From Octopus sinensis (lineage: Eukaryota), in the NCBI RefSeq assembly GCF_006345805.1, contig NC_043001.1, positions 19,592,001 through 19,656,000 on the forward strand: a stretch of 64,000 bases of DNA. The letters are read 5' to 3'. Positions 63,981 through 64,000 of this stretch are shown here, one piece after another (the first letter of the stretch is position 1; the number at the start of each line of letters is the position of its first letter). The position numbers were made by a program, and so were the translations under genes. Under the pieces are notes generated by a model. That model saw only the letters and a program-made list of their open reading frames with translations. It did not search any database and was not told the origin of the DNA.

Positions 63981-64000
63981 TAATGATTCACAATCAAGGT

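Overview
AT-rich, repeat-dense eukaryotic DNA. The SINE and MITE families look like those of coleoid cephalopods, probably Octopus (inferred from recalled repeat sequences, not from a database search). Most of the window is interspersed repeats: five SINE-like families, hAT, piggyBac and MULE-like MITEs, two Helitrons, decayed mariner and maT transposons, RTE, CR1, L1-Tx1 and RLE LINE fragments, and microsatellites. Nearly all ORFs in the supplied track come from these repeats. Two spliced minus-strand genes can be rebuilt by hand, both encoding Ly6/uPAR (three-finger, quiver / U-scoloptoxin(05)-like) proteins. Gene A has a signal-peptide exon at 11278-11233 and further exons at 6469-6308 and 3663-3613; its last exon was not found and probably lies left of the window. 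Gene B has exons at 37941-37810 and 35258-35041, giving a full 10-Cys domain and a GPI-type tail; its first exon was not identified. The most notable non-coding signals are a canonical type I hammerhead ribozyme (38357-38450, same strand as gene B), a tRNA-Met-like sequence inside a foldback element, an 86-bp spacer-less palindrome, and several long hairpins. Repeat boundaries were read by eye and are approximate to about 10-20 bp unless a target-site duplication (TSD) fixes them.
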